Origin: the human T2T-CHM13v2.0 reference genome, Homo sapiens
Strand: one strand, 5' to 3'
Length of the DNA stretch: 64,000 nt
NCBI RefSeq assembly: GCF_009914755.1
Contig: NC_060948.1
Positions 21,306 to 35,236 of this stretch are shown here, one piece after another (the stretch's first letter is position 1; every line of letters starts with the position of its first letter). The position numbers and the translations under genes are program-made. Below the pieces are notes generated by a model. That model worked only from the letters and a program-made list of their open reading frames with translations, searched no databases and was not told the origin of the DNA.

Positions 21306-22337
21306 ACATATAGGGTTTTTCTTTCTTTCCAAACAATTCTTGATAAATTATGATTTTTTTTTGAACTTATCTGTCATCTTGTTTTCCACATCAGTATGAT
21401 AATAGTGCAAAGATTTCTTATAATTCTATGTTTCTTTCTCTTGTTAAATTATTTTCTTGTTATTTATTCTTCCAGGGTGTGTATGTATGTATGTGACTAT
21501 GTGTGTGTACTCATGCATGTGTGTTTCTTCATTTCTTTGTCTTCCTTGTTTAGGCATGTGTAAGTGTAAGTATACAATAATATAATTAAACTATTGGATG
21601 CAAAGCATCCAAAGAAACACAATTTTTTAAAAGTATATTTTGTATAGTTTTGACCAGTCACTAAAGAAAGCAGGATTGCAAGTAAACCTCTAGGTTTCAC
21701 TGAATATAAATGTAATCACAACAATTCTATAGATTTGCTGCATCTAAACTATGTTGCATGTACTGTGCTCAGTACATTATTAATCTTATGACCATAATAT
21801 CTAACAGATACCATTATTATATTCACTTAGTAGATTGGGTAAATTTCAAAGATGAAGCAGTCTAACTTCACACAGCTATTTAGTGGTGAAGTTTAGATTT
21901 TTCTTGGTTTGCCTAACTTTATATTGCACAAATCACCACATGCATTATTGTACCTTGTGGACATGAAGCTTTTGGCCAAATGATTTTTAACTGCTTCTCT
22001 AAAAAAAAAAAAAAAAAAAAAGAGCCTATTTGCATGGCAAGCTAAATGTTTCATGATCTTACCCTCCTTCCCTGTATCCACTACAGACATTCCCTGATCT
22101 TTGTGTATTTAGTCCTATTTCATTGACCGCAAGAAAATGCAAGTTATTCCATCAAGTTGATGTTTACTTGTTAACATTGCATGTTTCTGCACATTCTCCC
22201 AGAAAATATCATTCTATGTTTATGTTTTTGCTTTTCTTTCCACCACACAGATTTTAATAACTCCATTCATCTGCATATGTTTTATCTCTGCCTAGAAAAT
22301 ATTTCTTCATAGTATATGTAATACATTAAAAATCATC

Positions 22338-24076
<1,739 letters not shown>

Positions 24077-26850
24077 AAAAATCATCTTCAATCTTGTTTT
24101 TTTCCATGTGTTTGTAAGAAGTAGTTTTCTTTAAGAACAAAATATTCATGGAGGGAAGATTTGTTGGTTTAAATCCTAATTTTTTGTAATATTCTTCTAA
24201 AACTGAGTACCTTTTAAAGGCTTGTAAGTTAAGTTTCCTGATTTCCAAATTAGGCCTAATATAAATTATACAAATGTTACGGGACTTCTAAAAATGAACA
24301 TTGTATAAAATATATGTATATGTTTAATCAAAGAGGTTGATCCTTATCATTATTTAGGAAATGACATTATGTGTATCCTCTTTTAAAAAAACATTGAAGT
24401 ATTTTCTCATACATCTTATGGCATAAACCATAATGTATTATTTACATATCTATTTTTCCTGTGGTGTAGTCTCACTAGCTAACTTACTAATACTTTATTT
24501 GTATTAGTTATCAATTAAGTATAATATACTACTCAATTACATATAACATTAACAAACATATTCCCTCAAGTAAATATAAATCGATACAAAGGTAATTATT
24601 ATCTGTTCAAAATAGAAAAAAGGTAATCCATAATATAGACAAAGCCATGGTCAAATTAATATTTTTCTGCTAAAAATGTGACAAAAAGAATGTGAAAATA
24701 AAATGCTACAGGGTGTTTTGGTAACAAAGAAACTAATAATGTCAATAGATTTGTAACCATAATTTAAGAAACATTTTTCTGAAATATATGTAAACATATA
24801 AATATATCTTTACCTTCAGAGCATACATTTACTGTTAGGTTATTCATTAGAAAAGAAAACATTGAAAAGATAAATTAAAATATTTATGCAGATACAATCA
24901 GCTCTATATTGGTACAGTATAGTTTATGAACTAAGAAGTTCGCAAGTGTGAGTATAGAATGTATAGACTTTAATTTTTTAAAGTTAATACAAAACTTTAT
25001 AAATATAAAATATAATTAAAATGTGGCTTATAAATAGGCATTTTTAAAGAACTGGTCTTTTAAATTCTGCTATGCACTGTTTATAGACAAACTCAGAAAA
25101 ATATGTTTGTTTTTCATTGTGTAGATATTTAAATTGTTTTTCTTATGTTACATTTTATTTTGCAACAAAATACATAGAATGGAATAATTTTACCATGGAC
25201 AATATAGTCTGTCAGCTAATAAATTGTTTTTCAGGAATATACATAGTATTTATTTTACTAGAGCTCTGTTAATTAAGGATATTATTTTTTATACACAAAT
25301 TGAGGACAGAGAAATTCTCTATGTGTATATTGCTTTTGTTAATTTTGGAAGTTTGGGTCAAATCAGTACATTTATCTAGTAAGCAAATAAGGTGTCCAAA
25401 TATTTATATTACATCCAAAAAGAGAAGACACAAGATTAAAATGCAGAAACATTCATTCCTCATTGACTTACTTTTCTTGCTTTCTTTTAATGTTATTTTA
25501 CCTATTATTACTTGCTTCTTATAAATTTCTTTAAAATGTAGTTACTATTTTTCCCTTTTATGAAATAAGCAAACGCTATGTACAGTGAGCTTATTGCTAA
25601 TGTTTGAGAGGGGATTGAAATATGGATGACTATTTCATAATAAAAATACTCTTTAAGGTTGATCACACTACCACAATTGAATTAAAAAATGAAAATAGGA
25701 TAGAACATATTTTGGCATTTTAATTTTCTTTCCTTTTTTTTTAAATTTAAAAGTTTATTGGGCCACCCTTCCTTCGATTTATGTTATGTTCCTCTTTCCC
25801 TGTTTCCTCTGTGGCTCTCATGGGGTAAAAAAGTTTCTAAGCTTTTTAGCTGGGTACACCACTAACCTCGACTATTCCTTCAGCTCATGGTGACAAAGGG
25901 TCACGCACAGGCAGTTTCTCAGAAAATCAGGGAAATGGGGAAAATACTTCTTAATTTAAAGCACAGAGGGCATGTTTGTATTTCAGGAGAAATAGTTAAT
26001 ATCTAAATCATCTCCTGCAAATAGAGGAAATGTGGTAATTCAGACCATTTCTCTCAGGCTTTTTTTTTTTTTTGGCAAATGTTAAGAAATGTTATCATTG
26101 TTATTATGCGTGGATTTATGTATACGGGTGTAACTGTCTGTCTGAAAGTGTTGGATATCAGTTTGTCCTACCGAAAAACACCTTTATTTTCTGTTTCTTT
26201 GCACAGATTTGTTTCTTCGCAGGAATTCAAAGACCCCAAAGTTTTTGGATTTTGCCTATAAAAGGGAATGAGTTTTCAACGTGTGGGTGTTGAGTTATGG
26301 GAGGAAATAGTAGGGAGAAAACTCCTTAATGCTATTAAGAAACTCACTTTTTTTAAACTCATTGATTTTTCTTGAGGAAACTTCCCTTTACCGTGGTACA
26401 TGTCCGACATGCAGGCAAGTTGTAGGAGATGGAGATAGGGTGCCATTTTTTTCATATGCACTTTTTGTTAAAGCAGTTTTTCTCTGTGAATGTGGAATGT
26501 GGTCATAATGCAAATATATAGCCAATATACTTAACCACTGTGATTAACAACTTGTACTTTTACTCATCACATGTGAAATTTGTGATTTGCTTTAAGGGAA
26601 TTATGAAATTATGACATAAATTGCATTATTTTAGTGTATGAGGAAGTCTGGAGCCATAAATAATCTCAGTTTAAATTTGTCTCCTTAAAGCTTTCAATTG
26701 TCTCCTTCCTTGTATGACAATATTTGAAACATGTATCATGTATCTCTGGCAAAGTAAATAATTTAAATCTAGTAAGTAGGTGTAATCAAGAAAAATGGTG
26801 ACAGATAGCTTAAAACAGAGACAAAATAAATGTGTTTAAGTTATTCTATT

Positions 26851-26960
26851 AACTGGGCACACTGACTTACTCTTGTAATCTTATCATTTCGGCAAGAGGA
26901 GGTGTGAGGATGGCTTGAAGTCACGAGTTGGAGACCAGACTGAGTAATATAATGAGCTTC
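26851..26960 (+). mobile_element. Alu left monomer (FLAM-like), degenerate
   Basis: ctgggcac...cttgtaatc...gaggatggcttgaagtcacgagttggagaccagactgag. Confidence 0.7.
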
Positions 26961-26972
26961 TTTAATCTATTG

Positions 26973-27443
26973 CCATTTTGGCACCAAGGACCGGTTTAGT
27001 GGAAGGCATTTTTCCACATAGAAGAGGTGGGTAGTGGGAGAAGGTGACCAGGTGGACACCTTGGGGAGGTGGGGGGTGGCCGTTCCAGGAGGAACACAGG
27101 GTAGGGAGGGGCTTCAGGTCAGAGCACTGTGACAGGGGCTGTGGTGGGGCAGCAGGGCTGCGAGGGGCACAAGGCAGCCCAGTGGGGAACAAGGAGAATG
27201 GATTCTGGATGAAACACCTCAGGTCACACTCAGGAATTAAATTCTTCCAAGGAAAGCACCACCTAGATCTTCGCATGCGCAGTTCACAGTAGGGCTCTTA
27301 CTCCTGTGGGAATCCAATGCCTTCGCTGATCTGACAGGAGGCAAAGCTCAGGTGGTGCAAGTGGTTCATCACTTGTTCTGCAGCCGGATTCCTAACAGGC
27401 CACAGACAGATACTGGTTGGAGACCAGGGTTTGGGGAACCCTG
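26973..27443 (+). mobile_element. MER1B (hAT-Charlie) DNA transposon with expanded G-rich interior
   Basis: ttttggcaccaaggaccggttt...cgcatgcgcagttcacagtaggg...gctgatctgacaggaggc...ggggaaccctg; 8-bp TSD ATCTATTG at 26965-26972 and 27444-27451. Confidence 0.85.
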
Positions 27444-27549
27444 ATCTATTGTATACTTCAAATCACTAAAATATTATAAAAAATTTAAACTGTTCTCCCC
27501 CAGGAAAGCACATTTTAGTTAGCTTGATTTAATCATTTATTAAAATATC

Positions 27550-27822
27550 AAGCTGGGTGTGGTTGTTCAGCCTTGAAATCTCATCACTTTTGTAGCACCA
27601 GACCAGAAGATCGCTTGAGCCCAGGAGTTCGAGACCAGCTTGGGTACCATGGTGAAACCTGTGGCTATTAAAGGAACACACAAAAAATTGCCTGCTTGCT
27701 CTGGTAATAAGCACCTGTAGCTGCCCAAGTAGCTGAGACATGGGAGGATCACTAGAGGCTCGGTAGAGGAGGTTGCAGTGAGCAGTGCACTTTAGCAACA
27801 GGAAATTTACATCTCAAGAAAA
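27550..27822 (+). mobile_element. Old Alu (AluJ-type); its A-tail is the HERV insertion site
   Basis: gatcgcttgagcccaggagttcgagaccagc...gaggttgcagtgagc; A-tail resumes at 32770. Confidence 0.8.
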
Positions 27823-28405
27823 TGTTGGGGAAACCAGCCCCATGCACCACCTGGTAGTTACCTTGAGTCCAGCAGAGACAAAGGAGTTAGAAAGACAACA
27901 GAATAAGCATTAAAATGCAGGTCCAGGGAACCAGAGCTTCAGATGCTTGCTCATGGCCCAGAGCTCTTCAACGCTGCCTAATTTATTGGTTTACAAGCTC
28001 TTTGTTCTTAGGGCAGATGGGAGGAGTAGGAAGGGATGAGGAAAGGATTAATCAGTGAAGAAGTCATGAGTCATTCAATAAAATGTATAGCAGTGAAGGT
28101 TTCTGTGAATTTCCTAGAGCAAAGGTGTGTGTCTAAACTACTTAAGATCTTTAACTTATTGGGACTGAAATGGGTGGGAGTGTGTTTCAGGAGGAGCCAA
28201 GATGTTTGATTATACTCCAATGCTTCAAGGGAGTGTTATCTCCCTGAGAAACATGTGGAATGCCTCTAAATGGTTATGTTCTCAGGGCATAAAGACATGA
28301 AGGCAATAAGGAGACTTTTCTCCTCAGAGGCTGCCCATGGCTCCCCATGGGTGTCTCACACAGGGGAGACCAGCTCATCTGGCACTCCAGAAACTTTTCC
28401 CCACA
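27823..28405 (-). repeat. 3' LTR (LTR14C-type)
   Basis: Direct repeat of 32185-32769; preceded on the minus strand by a polypurine tract (28406-28436). Confidence 0.9.
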
Positions 28406-28439
28406 TGTCCCCCCCTTTTCTCTCTCTCTCTCTTTTTTA

Positions 28440-30372
28440 ATTAATAGTTTTTTAATTAATAACTGCCATTGCTATCATGGCTCATTGACACTGTCTGGCT
28501 TCTCTCTGAAGGCGCCATCCACATTTGTAGACTAAAAACAAACAGCATAGGCAGACACAAACTGAAATAAAATTTGCAACTGTTGATCCACCTTTTTTTT
28601 AATCCACTTTAAAGGATTGGTATTATAAAGGCCGTCAGTGGCCCCAGCAAGAATATCAGCTCCAGGCAACAGGGTGAGATGAACCTGAGATGCCTCAAAA
28701 AGTTTTTTCAGTTTAGCAATATCTAGTGTTAAATTATCTTCTTTTCACTGTCAGTGATATCTAATCATCTCCCAATGGTGTTCAGTGGCATTGTGAGAGC
28801 TAGGTGTAATAGAAAAATCAGAAGTATTCCAATCACATTGCATTTGAATTCTATGCTCCAAGCTCATAATCTGATCTCTCATCCAAATTACTGTTTGACC
28901 GGGATCATTAATTTGATTTGCCAATTTTTGATCTATTTTGCTTTGGGAATTCCAAAGCTTAGAAGAATTTTTCTCCCAACTATCCACAAAGCCCGCAGTT
29001 TGAATAGAAGAATGCAAAGCAACACCAGCAACAGCAGTAGCTGTGACAGCTATGAGGCCCATGATCACAGCTATTAAAGTAAATATGAATCTCTTTGATC
29101 TATTCAGTATTTCTTTTAGTACTTCAGTGATAATAAGTATGGAGGGGGAGGCTTCCTAAGTTCTCCTTCTTGGGCCCTAACTAGTAAAATGCTATTATCT
29201 TTATTATAGGTAGAATTAATGCAGGTAAAAAGATGGCACTTGAGGCATGATATGGCTTGAGAGTCAGGTCAGATATTAATTTTTCCCACTGCCAACATAA
29301 AAGGAGGTTTAACACAACTCTGCACTGGGACCATCTGATTAGAGGTCATGGCTACAACAAATCAAAATTTTTTATTATGGGTCTCTGTTTTATATTCTCC
29401 TTTCCAAATCTGAATTGGAGTTTGAGCCAACATTAATTTCCACAATTCTGGATGTTCTGGACTTACAATTGGATCAATCATTTTTGGGCTTGGAGGAACC
29501 ATACCATTCTCCTCCCACTTAATAAGGTAATTTGCTTCAATTCTTATATATAATTTTGGTGCATTATCTGAGTAGTCATTTGCAAAAGGAATCTCTCTAC
29601 AATCTTCACAATGTCCAGTACAATTTACTGCAAATTGTCCCCTAGAGGCCCAATCAATGACAATTTCATAGGAGTTATTTTGCAGTAAAGCAGCGGTGTT
29701 TGCAATGCAATCTTCCCAGGTTAGCACCTCTAGCTTTTCAGACCATTTAGTGGCCTGCCTAGGGCAGGACTTCTAATTAGGCTTAAATTTATTAATCTGG
29801 TGATGTGTCATAACATAACCGTGCTCAAGGCATTTAATGGTGTCCAAAGATTGAAATGTTCTTCCCCTGATTGCATGAATTGAGGCTTTTGATCCATTAT
29901 GTGCAGGGACATAAACCATCCAACTTTTTTTATCATAATTTGAACATCCTGCTTCCGGCCCAAGACAGATGGGAGGAAAGTGAAAACCAATAGAAACATT
30001 CATTAACATTCTTTCCTCCTCTGGGTGAGTAGGACCCTAGTTATCTGCTGGTCAAGGCATCCAGACACTATCAGTAACATAAAACTCCACTGGGCTGTCT
30101 GACCATGTAACAGGCCTAATCAGTGGTGGGAATGGAATGTAGGCTCAATAAGTGTAATTTTGATCTGCCTCAGCTGTGGGGAGACTTACCACCAAGGAGA
30201 TTACCACCATCATAGCTACCATTAGATTACTGGTGGTCAGAGGCTTGTTCTGAGACCTCAGGTTCTCTACTGCAATGTGAGATAGTCTCTTCATCTGCCC
30301 CCAAGTTGGTGGAGTTGTTAGGTGAGTTTTACTGGTTTCCATCTGCTCAACAGAGATGTTCATCTGAGCCAT
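28440..30372 (-). pseudogene. env: HERV-K env remnant (signal peptide, SU, TM), fragmented
   Basis: ORFs 30145-30372 (PPTWGQMKRL), 29362-29727 (WEDC, PEHPELWKL), 28751-29068 (fusion peptide [17 protein letters not shown]; [11 protein letters not shown]). Confidence 0.88.
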
Positions 30373-30510
30373 CTAACAAATTGGGGATGCAGGGATGTTC
30401 CAAGGTCTTTTCCTCTTCCTTGGATTCTGGCTTATGGCACAGCTTAAGATGTCTTGTGGGTACCTAGACAGGAAGTTGATTCTCTCCTGGTGAGATACAA
30501 ACAAACCCTT

Positions 30511-30642
30511 GACCCCAACAAGACCCATGGGGGCCTTTTGTTTGGGCCAGTTTTCTGGCCATTGATAAAGAGCTATGATTGACACATCTGCTCCTGTGTC
30601 GATCAGACCCTCAAATTGTTTTTCTGGAATAGTGACCATAGA
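30511..30642 (-). pseudogene. pro: Retroviral protease catalytic-core fragment
   Basis: FEGLIDTGADVSIIALYQWPENWPK in ORF 30373-30756. Confidence 0.85.
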
Positions 30643-32013
30643 AATAGCTCTAATTGTTGCTTGACATTCTGTATTAGTATTTTCATAAGCAAGCAGGTGA
30701 ACAATCACTTTCCTGGCATGAGAATCCAAAATAGCCTTTTGCGCCATGTCTTGCAAATGGGCGACAAAATCTGGATAAGCCCCCTTGGACCCTGTTGAAC
30801 TGAGTTAAAGGAAGGCTAAGTAGTACCAGGGTCATGAATTTTTTCCCAGGCTCTTAGGCTAATAGTTCTGAGCTGATCAACATCCTCGTCACCCTTTGCC
30901 ATCTGTTGATTTAGAGTACCCCATGCCTGTCCAATTACAAGCAATTGATGAAATGTGATATTAATGGGAGGTTGGGCTTGAGCCATTCTGCATGCCTGAT
31001 TTGTTGCTTCATCCATCCACCAGATTTTAGAGAAATTCTGAGCGGGACATCTTGGATTGGGCTAATGACTCCCAATCCATAGGTATTAAATGCCAGTTAT
31101 AAGCCACAGATTGTAACAAGGAATGAACAGAAGGAGAATTTGGCCCATATTGTCCAATTGCTTGCTTTAAGTTTTTTAATATTTTAAAAGGAAATGGCTC
31201 CCAGCATGCTTGAGCATGTTCTTTAGGATCCTCAGCTGGCAAAATAATTACCAGTAACTGCCAAGCATCCAAATTGCCCATTTCTCGTTCTTGGAGAATG
31301 GATGCCTGGATTGTCCCTGCACCATAATTTGTATTAGGGCTGGCTTGCATAATTCCTCTACCATAATTAAGAGGCAGACAAGCCTGGATCGTTCCCCCAC
31401 TGTAACTGGCTGTTGGGTGAGCCTGAAGCTTCCCTTTGCCATAGTTAATGGTGGAGTATGCAACAATGGGAGCAGCAAGCCGAGTCTCAGGCTCCCATTC
31501 CAAAAATTCAAAAGGCTGAGCTGGGGGTGGCCATTCCAGATGTTCTGCTAAAGGCACAGTAGGTGGTACTGTTTCTGCGGTAGGTGGAACTGTTTCTTTC
31601 TTAAGTTTTTGAAAGTTAGCATATATAGCATCCCATTTCTCCCCCTTTTTTAAATTAGACTGTGATGGTTACTTTGCTGATCATCAGACTCCTGATTATT
31701 AAGCTTTTCTGTCATCCTGAAACCCCTCCTTCTTTTCAGTGTCAAAGGGCTCCAGTGCTGTTTTAATTGACCACCACACAGATCAAGCAGAGAGATTATC
31801 ATGGCCCTCTTGTTTTGCTCGTTTTAAGTCTGATCTGACCTTGTCGCAATCTTTTACATTCATGGTTCCATATTCAGGGAACCAATGAGAATACTTTTCT
31901 ATGAGATGGAACAAAGATGTGAGATTTTAGGTACTCACAATTATCCCTCCATGGCACAATAACTGCTACAGCAGGCTTAAGTAATTAGCAAACTTACTCT
32001 CAGCCTGACCCAT
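30643..32013 (-). pseudogene. gag: HERV-K gag remnant (MA to CA), disrupted
   Basis: ATG at 32013 (MGQAESKFANYLSLL*); WEPFPFKILKNLKQAIGQYGPNSP in ORF 31027-31557; RAWEKI and LLAYENTNTECQ. Confidence 0.85.
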
Positions 32014-32164
32014 AGTTTCCCCAGGTTACCCTGGGTACCGTATGGGTACCCTACTTACCCGTAGAGCTTGAAGTGAAAACGTACTCAGGCTTCCTTCCTC
32101 AGTCCTCCTCCACTTTCCACGCTCTGGCGTTCCTTCACCAGATTATTTGTAGAGATTACGGGGA

Positions 32165-32182
32165 GCCCTGCATTCGGCACCA
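32165..32182 (-). promoter_or_regulatory. Primer-binding site, degenerate tRNA-Lys type
   Basis: Minus strand TGGTGCCGAATGCAGGGC, 2 nt after the 5' LTR CA. Confidence 0.7.
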
Positions 32183-32184
32183 GA

Positions 32185-32769
32185 TGTTGGGGAAACCAGC
32201 CCTACACCACCCGGCAGGAACCCGGAGTCCAGAGGAGACAAAGGAGTTAGAAAGAGACAGAATACGTGTTTAAAAGGTGGGTGCAGGGGACAGGAAAGTA
32301 GGAGGCTTGCTCACCGCCCAGAGCTCTTTGGCTCCACCTAATTAACTGTTTCACAAGCTCTTTGTTCTTAAGGCAGAGGGAGGAGTAGGAAGGGATGAGG
32401 AAAAGGATTAATCAGTGAAGAATAACTTGTGAGTCATTCAACAAGATATATAGCGGTGGTGGTTTCTGTGATTTTCCTAGGGCAAAGGCATGTGTCTAAA
32501 CTACTTAAGATCTTTAACTTATCAGGACTGAAATGGGTGGGAGTGGGTTTCAGGAGGAGCCAAGATGTTTGACTATACTCCACTGCTTCAAGGGAGTGTT
32601 ATCTCCCTGAGAAACCTGTGGAATGCTGCTGAACGGTTATGCTCTCAGGGCATAAAGACAAAAAGGTAATAAGGAAAATTTTATCCTTAAAAGCTGCCCT
32701 TGCTCCTCATGGGTGTCTCACACAGGGGAGACCAATTCATTTGCCAGTCCAGAAACTCTCTTTCCCACA
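32185..32769 (-). repeat. 5' LTR (LTR14C-type)
   Basis: Direct repeat of 27823-28405; adjoins the PBS. Confidence 0.9.
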
Positions 32770-33097
32770 GAAAAAAATACACACAACATCACATTGTACA
32801 ATATAAATATATAGATTTCAAATAAAATCATTTAAATGGGGCATCCTGTGTATTACAGCTTAAGAAAATTACAATAGCTTTTCCCATCTCACTTTTACAA
32901 AAAAGTTTCTGTCAGGTACATATTAAAATGCAGCATTGGACCATGAAGTCACTGCCCCTTTCGCTCTGCATGTTACACATTTTACATATTTAAAGTAAGA
33001 AACACTACAAAGATGTCAGGCTCTGTAAGGGAATTTCACTAGAATTTTCAACACAGCATGCAATAAAATTTTATCTTTTTGGCTTACTGTTATCTAA

Positions 33098-33301
<204 letters not shown>

Positions 33302-33311
33302 TAAATAAATA

Positions 33312-33361
33312 TGTTGGACTCAGGGTACCTGCCAGGTGGTGTGGGGCTGGTTTCCCTAACA
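33312..33361 (+). mobile_element. 50-bp LTR14C U5-end fragment, opposite orientation to the provirus
   Basis: tggactcagggtacctgccaggtggtgtggggctggtttccctaaca is the reverse complement of 32185-32231 with few mismatches. Confidence 0.85.
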
Positions 33362-33690
33362 TATATATAGAGGTTATATATAGATTTTCCAAAGTAAATA
33401 TATACTCCATACATTTACTGAGTACATAAGTCAAAATATTTGTTTTTAAACAAATATTTTTATTTGTTATTTTCAAGTTTCTATTTGATATTGGGAAAAT
33501 TCTCATGGCAGCAGGTGAAGGATCTGTGGTAAAATTCACCTACTACTGAGAAAGGAAAATGAGCAAAAGTAATTGTGTTGCTGAGGTAGGGAACAAATTG
33601 GAATAAAATAGTCTGAATATAGAGGTACGTGACTTAGTATTAATAATCACAGTAATGATATGAAACACAAGCTTTTCGGTTTGTTCATAC

Positions 33691-35081
33691 TGTGTCTGGA
33701 ATTGGTGGCTTCAAGAATGAAGCCGCGGACCCTCGTCGTGAGTGTTACAGTTCTTAAAGGCAGCATGCCCAGAGTTTGTTCCTTCCAACGTTCAGATGTG
33801 TTCGGAGTGTCTTCCTTCTGGTGGTTTCGTGGTCTTCCTGGCTCAGGACTGAAGCTGCAGACCTTCGTGGTGTCACAGCTCCTAAGGTGGCATGTCTGGA
33901 GTTGTTCATTCCTCCCAGTGGGTTTGTGGTCTCCCTGGCTTCAGGAGTGCAGCTGCAGACCTTCTCAGTGAATGTTGCACCTCATAAAGGCAGTGTGGAC
34001 CCAAACCGTGAGCAACAGCAAAATTTATTGCAAACAGCAAAAGAACAACGCTCCCACAGTATACAAAGGGACCCAAGCCTGTTGCTACTGCTGACTTCGG
34101 GCAGCCTGCTTTTACTCCCTTATCTGGCCCCACCCACATCCTGCTGATTGGTCCATTTTACAGACAGCTGATTGGTCTGTTTTACAGAGCGCTGATTGGC
34201 CAATTTTGACAGTGTGCTGATTGGTGCGTTTACAATCCCTGCACTAGACACAAAAGTTCTCCAAGTCCCCACTAGATTAGCTAGATACAGAGTGCTGATT
34301 GGTGTATTTACAAACCCTGAGCTAGACACAGAATGCTGATTGGTATACTTACAAACCTTGAGCTGGATACAGAGTGCAGATTGGTGTATTCACAATCCCT
34401 TAGGGAGACATAAATGTTCTCCAAGTCCCCACTAAACTTAGGAGCCCAGCTGGCTTCACCCAGTGGATCCCGCACCTGCCCGCAGGTGGAGCTGCCTGCC
34501 AGTCCAGCGTCTTGCGCCTGCACTCAGTCCTTGAGCGGTTGATAGGACCTGGCACCCTGGAGCAGTGGGCGGCGCTCCTCCAGGAGGCTCAGGCCGTGGG
34601 GGAGCTCCCGGCGGGGTCGGGGAGGCTCAGGCATGGCGGGCTGCAGGTCCCAAACCCTGCCGCATGGGGAAGCAGCTAAGGCCCAGTGAGAAATCGAGCG
34701 CAGCACAGGAGGCCAGCACTGCTGGGGGACCTGGCGCACACTCCGCAGCTGCTGGCCCTGGTGCTAAGCCCCTTACTGCCTGGAGGTGGCCGGGCCGGCT
34801 GGCCGCTCCGAGTGCTGGGCCTGCCAAGCCTACGCCCATCCAGAGCTCTAGCTGGCCCGCAAGTGCAGCACGCAGCTCCGGTTCCCGCCCCGCCTCTCCC
34901 TCCACACCTCCGGGCAAGCTGAGGGAGCCGATTCCTGCCACAACCAGCCCAGAGAGGGGCCCTCACAGCGCAGTGGTGGGCTGAAGGGCTCCCCGAGCAT
35001 GGCCAGAGCGGACGCCGAGGCCGAGGAGGCGCCAAGAGCCAGCAAGGGCTGCGAGGGCTGCCAGCACGCTATCACCTCTCA
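33691..35081 (-). mobile_element. Solo LTR12C (ERV9) in RBMY intron, GC/CpG-rich
   Basis: Repeated gctgattggt (CCAAT) units 34143-34385; GC-rich U3 34480-35070; TG...CA ends; 4-bp TSD ATAC at 33687-33690 and 35082-35085. Confidence 0.93.
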
Positions 35082-35133
35082 ATACTATGGTGAGTCCGTT
35101 ACATTAATGGAAAAAGGTTTTCATGTATTTTAG

Positions 35134-35236
35134 TTCTTCTGATAAATGATTGGGAAACCAGCAAGTTCAGACACTTTGCATTTATTTTCAGAAAGCTGCA
35201 GGTGCTAAGAATGCTGTTGAATGTATGAATGGAAAT
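35134..35236 (+). pseudogene. RBMY: RBMY coding exon 2 (RNP1), frameshifted
   Basis: VLLINDWETSKFRHFAFI then 4-nt deletion giving TGA at 35226-35228; AG/GT flanks; 103 nt. Confidence 0.9.

Larger units (their letters stand above)
27823..32769 (-). mobile_element. Internally deleted betaretrovirus-like provirus, HERV-K14C (LTR14C)-type
   Basis: Two ~585-bp direct-repeat LTRs with TG...CA ends; PBS, PPT and gag/pro/IN-end/env remnants; GAAAA duplication at 27818-27822 and 32770-32774. Confidence 0.9.

Noticed and set aside
26250-26270. TATA box (CTATAAAAGG) as the RBMY promoter
   Set aside because: A single motif in AT-rich DNA with no supporting exon, donor or CpG context
34308-35075. Cluster of overlapping GC-rich ORFs, possible gene CpG island
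   Set aside because: Lies wholly within LTR12C U3; the ORFs reflect stop-codon scarcity in GC-rich DNA
33560-35133. Intronic C/D snoRNA (SNORD61 is hosted by RBMX)
   Set aside because: No convincing box C/D pair or recognisable U61 sequence in the residual intron
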